Assembly (NCBI GenBank): GCA_963840855.1
Contig: CAWJBB010000065.1
Location: forward strand, 32,001-96,000
Origin: an uncultured delta proteobacterium
Lineage (GTDB): Bacteria; Desulfobacterota; Binatia; UBA9968
DNA length: 64,000 nucleotides
Direction: 5' to 3'
Shown here: in pieces, positions 29,262-37,140 of the stretch
How positions within the stretch are numbered: position 1 is the first letter of the stretch
How the letters are laid out: each line of letters begins with the position of its first letter
Translations under genes and position numbers: made by a program
The notes under the pieces: model-generated
Seen by the model: only the letters and a program-made list of their open reading frames with translations
What the model was told of the DNA's origin: nothing
The model's database searches: none

Positions 29262-30254
29262 TTATCGGTATAGTTTCTGAACCAGGCCGCTTGTTTCCAG
29301 CTCTTTCAGGAAGCGCGTGTCCATGAAGGTTTCCGGCTTGACGCCTTTGGCTTTGGGATCTTTCTTGGCGATTTCGTTCAGCACATTCTGGATTCCCTGC
29401 ACATCGGGATAGGGAACTCTGGGATAGATTTCCTTGTAATGGCGGTAGGTTTCTTCGGCCATGTCGACCTCTCCGAGGCGCGCGAAAGCGTCCATGGACT
29501 TGAGGCTGGCTTCTCTCTGGGTCTTGAAGAAATGAATTCCCTCGACGATGGACTTCATGACTCGCCGGGTGAGGTCTTGGTTATTTGACGCACTGGAGGC
29601 GGTGCTGACGATGGAGGTATTCGGGTAAGCAAGGTTGAGTTGCTCGGGCGTTGCGACTTCATTGAAGCCGGCCTTACGGGCAACGATATTGGCGGGCGGT
29701 CCAACAATGGTTCCGTGAACGATGCCGCTCTTGAGAGCCGTGAATCGTGCAGGTTGGCTACCGATCTGCAAAATCGCAACATTCCGATCCGGAACAAGCC
29801 CCCATTTCTCGAGCGCGTAGCGAACGACAAAATCGGTGGATGAGCCGAAGCGGCTGACCGCCAGTTTTTTCCCTTTAAGTTCCTGGGGTTTCTTTACCTC
29901 CGGCGCGGTAATAATGCTGAAGTCTACGATATTGATCAAACCACCCAGGATAACCGTATCGGCGCCCTGCAGGCGCGCCAATATCGAAGGCTCACCGCTA
30001 ACAACCGCGATCGGCAAATCGCCGGCAACAAGGGCTTGAACAATGCCGCTTCCTCCGGCGATAAGGACCAGACTGACATCGAGTCCATTTCGCTGGAAGA
30101 TTCCCGCATCCTTAATCACCCGAAGAATTGCCTGAGAACCGGATATGGACGAATATCCAAGATTGAGACGGATTGGTTTGTCTTGGGCTCGGCCGGGAAG
30201 AGGAGACAGACAAGCCATCCATAGGGCGATCAGTGCGGCACTGAGATATCTCAT
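29262..30254 (-). CDS. ABC-type solute-binding protein, NMT1/SsuA-like
   Basis: RBS GGAGG then MRYLSAALIALW signal; GIFQRNGLDV, ELKGKKLAVSRFGSSTD, ELETSG. Confidence 0.85.
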   Translation of the reverse strand: MRYLSAALIALWMACLSPLPGRAQDKPIRLNLGYSSISGSQAILRVIKDAGIFQRNGLDVSLVLIAGGSGIVQALVAGDLPIAVVSGEPSILARLQGADTVILGGLINIVDFSIITAPEVKKPQELKGKKLAVSRFGSSTDFVVRYALEKWGLVPDRNVAILQIGSQPARFTALKSGIVHGTIVGPPANIVARKAGFNEVATPEQLNLAYPNTSIVSTASSASNNQDLTRRVMKSIVEGIHFFKTQREASLKSMDAFARLGEVDMAEETYRHYKEIYPRVPYPDVQGIQNVLNEIAKKDPKAKGVKPETFMDTRFLKELETSGLVQKLYR

Positions 30255-30276
30255 ACGGCCTCCGTCCGTTGTGGCA

Positions 30277-30427
30277 GTGGAGCCCCACGGCCTTACGGCC
30301 GTGGTACCTCTCCAGACACTTCGTAGGGCGGAACCCTCCGAAGCGTACCCCCCTTCGCCAAGGCTACGGAGGGTACCCACCTCGCATTCATCCACGGGTT
30401 TACTCCCGTGGCCTTCTGCGAAGGAGG
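30277..30427 (-). mobile_element. Miniature IS200/IS605-type element, family B
   Basis: In minus orientation it follows TTTAC; CCTCCTTCGCAGAAGG + hairpin CCACGGG-AGTAAA-CCCGTGG, the same central CCCTCCGTAGCCTTGGCGAAGG as family A, and right hairpin CCACGGCC-GTAA-GGCCGTGG + GGCTCCAC. Confidence 0.7.
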
Positions 30428-30557
30428 GTAAAAGGCAGCGTTTCTTGACTTGATTCTCCAGATGTATATCACTGCTTCCTCTACTCGTGTCAATTTTTTA
30501 AGAAAGTCCAAAGAGTCACTGCCGTGTTGTCTCCAAAAGTCCGTTAGATAAATCAAT

Positions 30558-30646
30558 CGTCATTCCGGGCAGCTGGCGATAGCTAGCGCGACCCGGAATC
30601 CAGGAATCTGATTGAATCTGGATTCCCCGCTTGCGCGGGAATGACG
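30558..30646. repeat. CGTC-type REP doublet
   Basis: CGTCATTCCGGGC...CCCGGAATCCAG ... CTGGATTCCCCGCTTGCGCGGGAATGACG. Confidence 0.75.
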
Positions 30647-30724
30647 ACCGAAGGCCTTGCAGTAACGTGACGAAAATTTTGAGGCACTACGCGAAATCCA
30701 GGTAAAGTGACGCAACAGAGTGCC

Positions 30725-30753
30725 TTGACATCGGCGTTACCTTTTTTTATACG
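30725..30753 (+). promoter_or_regulatory. Putative sigma70 promoter of ComDE-like pair 3
   Basis: TTGACA-17 bp-TATACG, 18 bp upstream of the GTG start. Confidence 0.45.
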
Positions 30754-30771
30754 CAGTTCATTGGTGCAACG

Positions 30772-31278
30772 GTGGAAGCGGAGCTTGCAACCAGAATTGT
30801 CGGCGCGTTAAAAGAGTCGGGGATCAGTTTTGTTTCGTATCTGCCAGAAACAAGGCTGAGTCAAATCATGCCGCTGCTGCGCGAAGATCCGTCTTTCATG
30901 CTGGTTCCTGTTGCCAATGAGTCGGAGGGGGTTTCGATAGCCGCAGGCGCCTCATTAGGTGGCAGGCCGGCTGCGGTATACATGGAGGGCAGCGGCGTTT
31001 ACGTCTCGTCATACAACCTCCTGGTGCTTGGCAAGCGGCTCGGCGTTCCCCTGCTGCTGCTTGTCGCATATTACGGGAGCATCCTGGATGCGCGAAACAG
31101 TTTTCTTTACGCGTTTCCCGGCATACACCTAATTCCCATACTCCAATCGCTCGATATCCAGTATGAAGTTTTTCACAACGGTGACTCTTTAGAGGACAAG
31201 ATTAAAGGCGCCGTGAAGATGATGCACGCCATCAAGCAGCCCGTGGCTCTGCTCTTTACAGGAGCATTCACGGCATGA
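30772..31278 (+). CDS. ComD-like ThDP decarboxylase alpha subunit, pair 3
   Basis: ALKESGISFVSYLPE, VPVANESEGVSIAAGASLGG, MEGSG, VPLLLLVAY. Confidence 0.8.
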   Translation: MEAELATRIVGALKESGISFVSYLPETRLSQIMPLLREDPSFMLVPVANESEGVSIAAGASLGGRPAAVYMEGSGVYVSSYNLLVLGKRLGVPLLLLVAYYGSILDARNSFLYAFPGIHLIPILQSLDIQYEVFHNGDSLEDKIKGAVKMMHAIKQPVALLFTGAFTA

Positions 31279-31874
31279 ATCGTTACGACTGTTTTGAGTT
31301 TTTGGCGCCGCTGATCAAGGACCAGCTCGTGATCGGCTCGCTAAGCGGGCAACGGGTCGAGTGGGGGCATCTGTGCCGCCACGAAGGTAACCTATTAGTA
31401 GCCTCCATGGGGGCCGCTTTGGGGATAGGCGTAGGCCTAGCGTTGGTCCTGCCCCATCGGAAGGTCATCGTGTTGGAATCTGATGGGAGCTTACTGCTGT
31501 CCCTGTACAATCTTCCTACTTTAGGTAATTTGAGCCTTCCCAACCTTGTAGTTTTCGTATTCGACAATGAAGTGTACAGCGGCACGCGGATCAGCGAGCC
31601 GAGCGCAACCGCCGGAAAAACCGATCTCGCTGGAGTGGCCCGGAGCTGCGGTATCGAAGGAGCGACGACGGTGCGCGAGGTCGATTCTTTTAAGCGTGAA
31701 TCGAAAAAAGCTCTAGAAGAAAATGTGCTCCGTTTTGTTGTCTGTAAAGTAGATGCGACAACAGGGCATCGCCAAATCGAGCGACCTAACGAAGATCTAT
31801 GGGAGCATAAATATCGGTTTGTTAGATATCTCGAAAGAACCGAAGGCAAGAAGATTTTTTTAGGTCGCGGGTAA
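31275..31874 (+). CDS. ComE-like ThDP decarboxylase beta subunit, pair 3
   Basis: ATGA overlap; SMG...GLALVLPHRKVIVLESDGSLLL...FDNEVY. Confidence 0.8.
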   Translation: MNRYDCFEFLAPLIKDQLVIGSLSGQRVEWGHLCRHEGNLLVASMGAALGIGVGLALVLPHRKVIVLESDGSLLLSLYNLPTLGNLSLPNLVVFVFDNEVYSGTRISEPSATAGKTDLAGVARSCGIEGATTVREVDSFKRESKKALEENVLRFVVCKVDATTGHRQIERPNEDLWEHKYRFVRYLERTEGKKIFLGRG

Positions 31875-32076
31875 GTGACTTCTGCTCTTTCGTATCACGA
31901 TCACCAGTGTACTGTAACAGCTACATAGCGTTTGCCGTTCATGGTTCGAGACCCTCACCACGAACGGCTTGCCCCTTGACCGTTCAAGTTCGTTTACAAA
32001 GTTAGGAGTCCGAGTCTGTCATTCTCGCCCCGTGGAAGATCAGCCATTCTTCCACGGGGAATCCAGAACCCCCACT

Positions 32077-32106
32077 TGTAAGGGACGGTCGCGACCGTCC
32101 CTTACA
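32077..32106. repeat. Perfect 30-bp palindrome TGTAAGGGACGGTCGCGACCGTCCCTTACA (GTAG-like REP; possible terminator between convergent genes)
   Basis: Self-complementary as read. Confidence 0.7.
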
Positions 32107-32152
32107 AAGTTTGCTCAGGGGGAGAAGAAGAGGATCTAACGCCCGAGTGTCG

Positions 32153-32392
32153 TCAGGCTTGATTTCTGGATTCCGTCGCTCTCCGGGCCTCTGCCTGATG
32201 CCGGTCGCACCAGTCCTCGGTCCAGCGCTCGATTTCCTCCTTCCGATCGCCGTACCTTTTCTGCATGAGGCCGACAAATTTGTCGTAGTTTCCTTCGACC
32301 TCGAGCAAGTCGTTGTCAGTAAACTCCCCCCATTTTTTCTTGAGATCGCCCTTAAATTGGCGCCAGCTCCCTTTGAATTGGTCTTTGTTCAT
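32153..32392 (-). CDS. CsbD/YjbJ-family stress protein
   Basis: MNKDQFKGSWRQFKGDLKKKWGEFTDNDL...GLMQKRYG. Confidence 0.88.
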   Translation of the reverse strand: MNKDQFKGSWRQFKGDLKKKWGEFTDNDLLEVEGNYDKFVGLMQKRYGDRKEEIERWTEDWCDRHQAEARRATESRNQA

Positions 32393-32475
32393 AACGTACC
32401 TCCTTGTGTTGGCAGTCTATATTTCTTCCTCTTACGCATCTCTCCTAGCACCATCAATAATTGTCCCGGCGGTAA

Positions 32476-32640
32476 CTAAATCGGCGGCCTTCGACCCAGA
32501 ACCAAGCCCACGACGAACAAAATTATGAAAACTACGAACAAGATCCATGCGATCTCAGTCGCGGCGCCGGCAACCCCGGTCGCGCCCAAGACACCGGCAA
32601 TAAGCGCAATCACCAAAAAAGTTACTGCCCAACTTAGCAT
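32476..32640 (-). CDS. DUF1328 (UPF0391/YtjA-like) small membrane protein, 54 aa
   Basis: Manual translation [54 protein letters not shown]; RBS GGAGGAG; below the ORF-track cutoff. Confidence 0.85.
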   Translation of the reverse strand: MLSWAVTFLVIALIAGVLGATGVAGAATEIAWILFVVFIILFVVGLVLGRRPPI

Positions 32641-32697
32641 ATTGGCTCCTCCATTCGGCGATGCCGATTATCGCACCGTGGAACGGCGCGCCGCGCG

Positions 32698-32835
32698 TCA
32701 CATTTTCATCAGTCCCAATATTCCCGTGACGATTAAGTAAATAGCCACGATGTAGTTCAATAACCTTGGGATCATCAGAATCAGTATTCCCGCTATCAAC
32801 GCCACCACCGGTTGCAACGCAACATAGATTTGCAT
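32698..32835 (-). CDS. DUF3096 small membrane protein, 45 aa
   Basis: MQIYVALQPVVALIAGILILMIPRLLNYIVAIYLIVTGILGL; RBS GGAGG. Confidence 0.82.
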   Translation of the reverse strand: MQIYVALQPVVALIAGILILMIPRLLNYIVAIYLIVTGILGLMKM

Positions 32836-33311
32836 TGGCTTAGCCTCCAAACCGATCAACGAATCACTGAGGGCGAGAGTTGTATCTTTTGAAAGCTGGT
32901 GCAAGCAACATGCCACGAAACGATGCCCGGACGATTCTCCATAATTAAGAAGAAGTTTATTCGATTTTGGCACTTTCAAGTTGGCGAACGGAGTCAGTAT
33001 ATTTCCTCCAATCGTCAGGATTGAGCAGTCGAGTGTAAGCTTATTATTAACGAACCGGAACTAGCAAAAGGCGAGCGATAGCCGTGGTGATCCGAACCTA
33101 AGAGGATTTTTTCCTATCCAGCTGTCGACAATCCTCCTACACTGAATTTTCGGGCCGGCCTGATGTGGCGACCATGCCTCGAAAAACAAACAATTTTATT
33201 TTTGCCTCTCTCTAGTGGCATGGCTTTTGTACTTGTTACTAAATTAGAGCCGTAAGTTAACGGCGTTCCTCGTCAGGAGTCTCAACTTAAGAAATCAGGG
33301 AGGAAGAATTT

Positions 33312-33638
33312 ATGGATTCCAGAACTTTTAGACCTATCGTTTTATCGATGGCGCTGGCGTTTGTTGTATCGATTGCCGGCTGTACGTCCATGACCGGCCA
33401 AACCGCCGGACAATATGTCGATGATTCGACGATTACCGCCTCGGTGAAATCTAAGCTGGTTGCCGATAAAATCGCCAACCTTACCCGCGTGGATGTCGAT
33501 ACCACCAACAAAGTGGTTTCTCTGAACGGCGTGGTAGAATCACCCGATCAAAAGACACGCGCCGAGGAACTGGCGACGCAGGTCGCCGGCGTGAGCCGAG
33601 TAGAAAACCAGCTGCAGATCCAGAAAAAAGCCAACTAA
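33312..33638 (+). CDS. BON-domain (OsmY-like) lipoprotein
   Basis: Lipobox IAGC; GQYVDDSTITASVKSKL...VDVDT..VVSLNG.V...VAGVSRVENQL. Confidence 0.9.
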   Translation: MDSRTFRPIVLSMALAFVVSIAGCTSMTGQTAGQYVDDSTITASVKSKLVADKIANLTRVDVDTTNKVVSLNGVVESPDQKTRAEELATQVAGVSRVENQLQIQKKAN

Positions 33639-33699
33639 AGCGGGTTTCGCTCCGGATACGCTCTGGGCGGCAGCCAGCCAGACAGGGATCCTACGACTC

Positions 33700-33944
33700 A
33701 GGCTGCCGCCTTTTCTCGTGTCCAGCAACCTATTTCCGCCACGGTGCAACTCTTCCCGCTTTTTGTAGAGCAATTTGCCCATCGGAAACCCTTTTTGCAG
33801 CATTGCCTTTTGGCGCTGAACAATCGCCTCATCCTCCTTCTCAGAAACTTTGAGCAGCACAACCGCCTCCGCGCCTTCCGCTCCCTCCGGTGTCTCCTCC
33901 AAGATTACCGTATTCCCTTTTACAATCCCTCGGTATGGCTTCAT
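33700..33944 (-). pseudogene. Antitoxin-like small gene (DUF104/AF2212-like) running into a truncated PIN-toxin start
   Basis: RBS AGGAGG, MKPYRGIVKGNTVILEE...GFPMGKLLYKKREELHR, then RLLDT (PIN-like LLDT) and read-through into the antisense of the BON gene. Confidence 0.5.
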
Positions 33945-34128
33945 TCTCCCTCCTGTATTTCTTTCGGTCCGATCCCGATCGATATCTATCTTGTCGTTTT
34001 TCACTTCGACCTTTAACTCAATGGCGCCGCCGCGGCCACGCTGACGAACACAAGCACGGTCCTGCCCGCTCCGCCGAGGGAAACGCGCTGCCAAGTCCGC
34101 CCCGGATCCTTTGGGTCGAACTGGTATT

Positions 34129-34357
34129 TCAAAGCACAACCACCAGGTCTTCAGGAATTTTGCCTACATAGATTATCGCCGTGTGAGCGTCCTTCCGTCT
34201 ATGTGCCTTTTTGTAGACTTCGTCCCGGTCCTTGCTGTGGAACACCAGTTCCCCCCCGAATAGGCTCCATCAGCTTGTCATGAACTGGATTTACCAAAAG
34301 CACCCACTCGCCCGAATATCGAAATTCAAGCTCCTTCATCGTGAAAACTTTGTTCAT
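34129..34357 (-). pseudogene. DUF5678-like small protein, frameshifted in a G7 run
   Basis: MNKVFTMKELEFRYSGEWVLLVNP...EPIRG continues as ELVFHSKDRDEVYKKA...AIIYVGKIPEDLVVVL* if one G at 34251-34257 is removed. Confidence 0.65.
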
Positions 34358-34424
34358 AGCTGGCTCGCTCCCTTTTTGTGCCATGAGGCGACCCAAATAG
34401 CCCGCACAAACTGTACAACGCGAG

Positions 34425-35570
34425 TCATTCCAGGAGCTTCGCCTTTTGAAACCTTTCAATCAGAGTACTCTTGCCTGAGTTCTGGCGCTGCAGCGCGCCC
34501 ATACGAAATTTGAAATCGGAGCCCTTGCCTTTTAGCGCGGCGAGATCATGCAAATCTTGAAGGAGCGATACCGCCTGGTCGTATCGCTTCGGTTGCTTGG
34601 TGGCAATGAGCTTATCGACCGTCGACCAGAGATCGTTCTCCTTGCCGGCGAGTGATTCGAGCCGCTGCTTTCGCGCTTCAGCTTCGGCTCGCTCGCGCCT
34701 GGCCTTTTCTCTCGCGCACTGCTCAGCCTCCTTCCTTTTCCGCTCCGCCGCTATGGTCTCCGCACGTGTGCGGATCTCACCAGCCGTCCTCCCCGGCCGC
34801 TCGTCCGGCCGCACTGCGCCGCGTATCTCGAAGATCGCACGCTGCCGGACCTCGGCCGACAAGTGCGCGGCGTCGCCGTCGATCAGCCTCGTGACAATCG
34901 CGTCTTTCTCAGCGCTCGAAAGTGCTCGAACCCACTCACCGATTTCGTCCCCGGAAAGGACTGGAGATTCCTGGTGAGCACTACGCTCCGCTGCTGCTGA
35001 AATGAGATCGGGATCGATGCCCAAGAATTCGGCGAGACAATCAAGAGAATCACTCAGGTCACCGAGTCCCGGCGGCACAGGAGGCTCAAGAACGTCGTCG
35101 GTGACTTCTTCGAATTGCACGGCAAGCAGCCAGCCAAGGTACAGAGCGCGGTGGTCGCCGCGCATCAAGTCGGAGCGTATTGGCACAAGCGACGCCAGCC
35201 GGCTCTTTTCGCCCTCCCATTGGTAACCCTCGAGCTCAGCCTCGAAGGACAGCACGATATAGTCATCCTTCTGGCGATAGGAAAAATTTCCGTCCTGGGA
35301 GTAGGCTGCTACGGTCTTCGGATCAAGCAGTTTCTGTGGTAATCGCAGCATGAACCGGCGGGACCCCCAGTTAGCAAAATAGAGGAAGGCATCGAAATAC
35401 CGCTCCATCCACTGGCTCGGATTCCCTTTGAAGTCGCCCCAGTTATATTCGTTAACGAAGCTGTAGGGAGTGATCTGGGCGCGAGAAGAGAAGGCTCTCA
35501 GCTGCGACGTCTGTTCTTGTGTCAGCGGCCGGTCCAACGCCTGGAATTCGTAGTACTGGTATTCGCTCAT
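34425..35570 (-). CDS. Conserved hypothetical protein (MSEYQYYEF family), 381 aa, helical C-terminus
   Basis: MSEYQYYEFQALDRPLT...LRAFSSRAQIT..SFVNEYNWGDFKG...YFDAFLYFANWG; intact ORF with RBS; function unknown. Confidence 0.8.
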   Translation of the reverse strand: MSEYQYYEFQALDRPLTQEQTSQLRAFSSRAQITPYSFVNEYNWGDFKGNPSQWMERYFDAFLYFANWGSRRFMLRLPQKLLDPKTVAAYSQDGNFSYRQKDDYIVLSFEAELEGYQWEGEKSRLASLVPIRSDLMRGDHRALYLGWLLAVQFEEVTDDVLEPPVPPGLGDLSDSLDCLAEFLGIDPDLISAAAERSAHQESPVLSGDEIGEWVRALSSAEKDAIVTRLIDGDAAHLSAEVRQRAIFEIRGAVRPDERPGRTAGEIRTRAETIAAERKRKEAEQCAREKARRERAEAEARKQRLESLAGKENDLWSTVDKLIATKQPKRYDQAVSLLQDLHDLAALKGKGSDFKFRMGALQRQNSGKSTLIERFQKAKLLE

Positions 35571-35586
35571 TGAATCCTCAACTCCG

Positions 35587-36015
35587 TCATCTCTTTTTTC
35601 CGGCGATGCGGCTTCGCCCTTTACTTGCCGCACTCCTGTGTCGGCTCTTGGGGTGTGCTGGAACCCTAGGAAGATAAGGTTTGACGCCGAGCCATTTTCG
35701 GTAGGCAGCTACATATCGAGCGGCTCTCGATTTTTCCGGAAAGACCACGTCGGCTGCTCCGACAAGATGCACCAAACCATCCGCACGGCGGCACTTCGCT
35801 GTTAGCCCGCGCCGTTCGTTGCCATCGTAATCGATCTCGACGACTGCGACAGGCTCCCCGATGACGAACCCATTGGCCGGTAAGGAGATCTCGTCCTCAA
35901 GGACCTGCCGAAAGGCCCACAGTTGCTCGTCCTCGCCATACGCATCGACGGTGATCTCTTCAATCAGCTCATCCAGACCCGCAAGGTCGTTGTCTCGTCG
36001 GCCTTTGCGGCTCAT
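35587..36015 (-). CDS. CcbP-like ('calcium-binding' family) acidic protein
   Basis: LDELIEEITVDAYGEDEQLWAF...GEPVAV...YVAAYRKWLG. Confidence 0.68.
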   Translation of the reverse strand: MSRKGRRDNDLAGLDELIEEITVDAYGEDEQLWAFRQVLEDEISLPANGFVIGEPVAVVEIDYDGNERRGLTAKCRRADGLVHLVGAADVVFPEKSRAARYVAAYRKWLGVKPYLPRVPAHPKSRHRSAASKGRSRIAGKKR

Positions 36016-36225
36016 CGCCCCGCCTCGGCGCAAGGATTGCGCTTTTTTCTCGATAACGCGGACAAGACTTCCACGGGAGTGATCGCCGAGGACAACAGGT
36101 CGTGCCGAGCTAGCAAGGACACAATTTCAGCCGAGCCCCGCGCTCTGACATAGCGCTTCACCAATAGGTCCCCGTTTCAGAGCCGGTCGCAGCAAGCCCT
36201 CCTCGACACACGTTTCAGCTTTTTT
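36012..36225 (-). pseudogene. Collapsed vapB-vapC (antitoxin-PIN) remnant
   Basis: VEEGLLRPALKRG (antitoxin-tail-like) joined to LLVKRYVRARGSAEIVSLLARHDLLSSAITPVEVLSALSRK (PIN interior lacking the N-terminal D motif and the C-terminus). Confidence 0.55.
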
Positions 36226-36409
36226 GGGTGTTCCACTCCGGCTGGAAAATCAGCCTCTCCCATTTTTACTCGGCTCCGATTTTTTGCTCACGAGCACGAT
36301 TACGTCCACGCTCCGAGTCAGAAGAAATCCCCTTGTCTGCCTCACGCCTCACGCCTCGCGCCTCTTGTCATCGCCTGTTGCTCCTCTTTTGCCAGCAAAA
36401 AAATATACT

Positions 36410-36587
36410 GTGCTCAACGCCTTTCGGCATCTCAGATTCTTTCACACGTTTCTGTGGATTCGGACTCAGGAGAACATCCAGTGCTCAACGCCTTTCGGCA
36501 TCTCAGATTCTTTCACGCTAATATCAGCGCGGCCACCGGACTGAAGTATCAGTGCTCAACGCCTTTCGGCATCTCAGATTCTTTCAC
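36410..36587 (-). CRISPR. CRISPR array: 3 identical 36-bp repeats, 2 spacers of 35 bp
   Basis: Repeat on +: GTGCTCAACGCCTTTCGGCATCTCAGATTCTTTCAC at 36410, 36481 and 36552. Likely transcribed from the minus strand (ends GATGCCGAAAGGCGTTGAGCAC), with the leader between cas2 and the array. Confidence 0.95.
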
Positions 36588-36833
36588 CGTTCGTCCATAA
36601 CTGCGCGTCCTTCCGATAGATTTTTACGGTCGCTTCAAGGACCGGCCCGAACTGATTGACCAATCCGATGGTCGGGGCCGGAAAAATCAGATCCATGAGG
36701 GAATTCCAAGGTTTTCTTGCTTCAGGCATCTTTCTTTTTCGATAGATCTTTTTTTGCTTATGTCGACGCGACTTGAAGCAACTCGGTCAATTGGTATAGC
36801 GAACACGGAGAGATACTTGAGTCGATTCTTCTT
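36588..36833 (-). promoter_or_regulatory. CRISPR leader
   Basis: Non-coding stretch between the cas2 stop and the first repeat; repeated GCTTCA(A/G)G / CTTGAAGC motifs. Confidence 0.6.
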
Positions 36834-37136
36834 TCACGCTGCACCAACGATTCGAAATTTCGGTTCTTCCTGCAGGTACTCATTTCTGGTGTTTCTCGCA
36901 ATAACCTTCGCGTGGCAGCCCGCGCATAATCCCGCAATCATCAAGCTATCTTCGTCTGAGAGTTCTTTTTCGAGCTCCCAGCGCATTCGTTCTAACTCCC
37001 GCCTGGTCAGCCGGCATTCAAAAATCGAATACTGCAAGCTTTTACCGTAGCCCCTTAAAGGTTTGTACGATCGTCGCCATCTCTTCGGGTCACGGATGTC
37101 GTAACAAATCAGATACAAGAATTTTTCCTCGGCCAT
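36834..37136 (-). CDS. cas2: CRISPR-associated endoribonuclease Cas2
   Basis: YLICYDIRDPKRWRR...GYGKSLQYSIFEC. Confidence 0.95.
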   Translation of the reverse strand: MAEEKFLYLICYDIRDPKRWRRSYKPLRGYGKSLQYSIFECRLTRRELERMRWELEKELSDEDSLMIAGLCAGCHAKVIARNTRNEYLQEEPKFRIVGAA

Positions 37137-37140
37137 AGCG

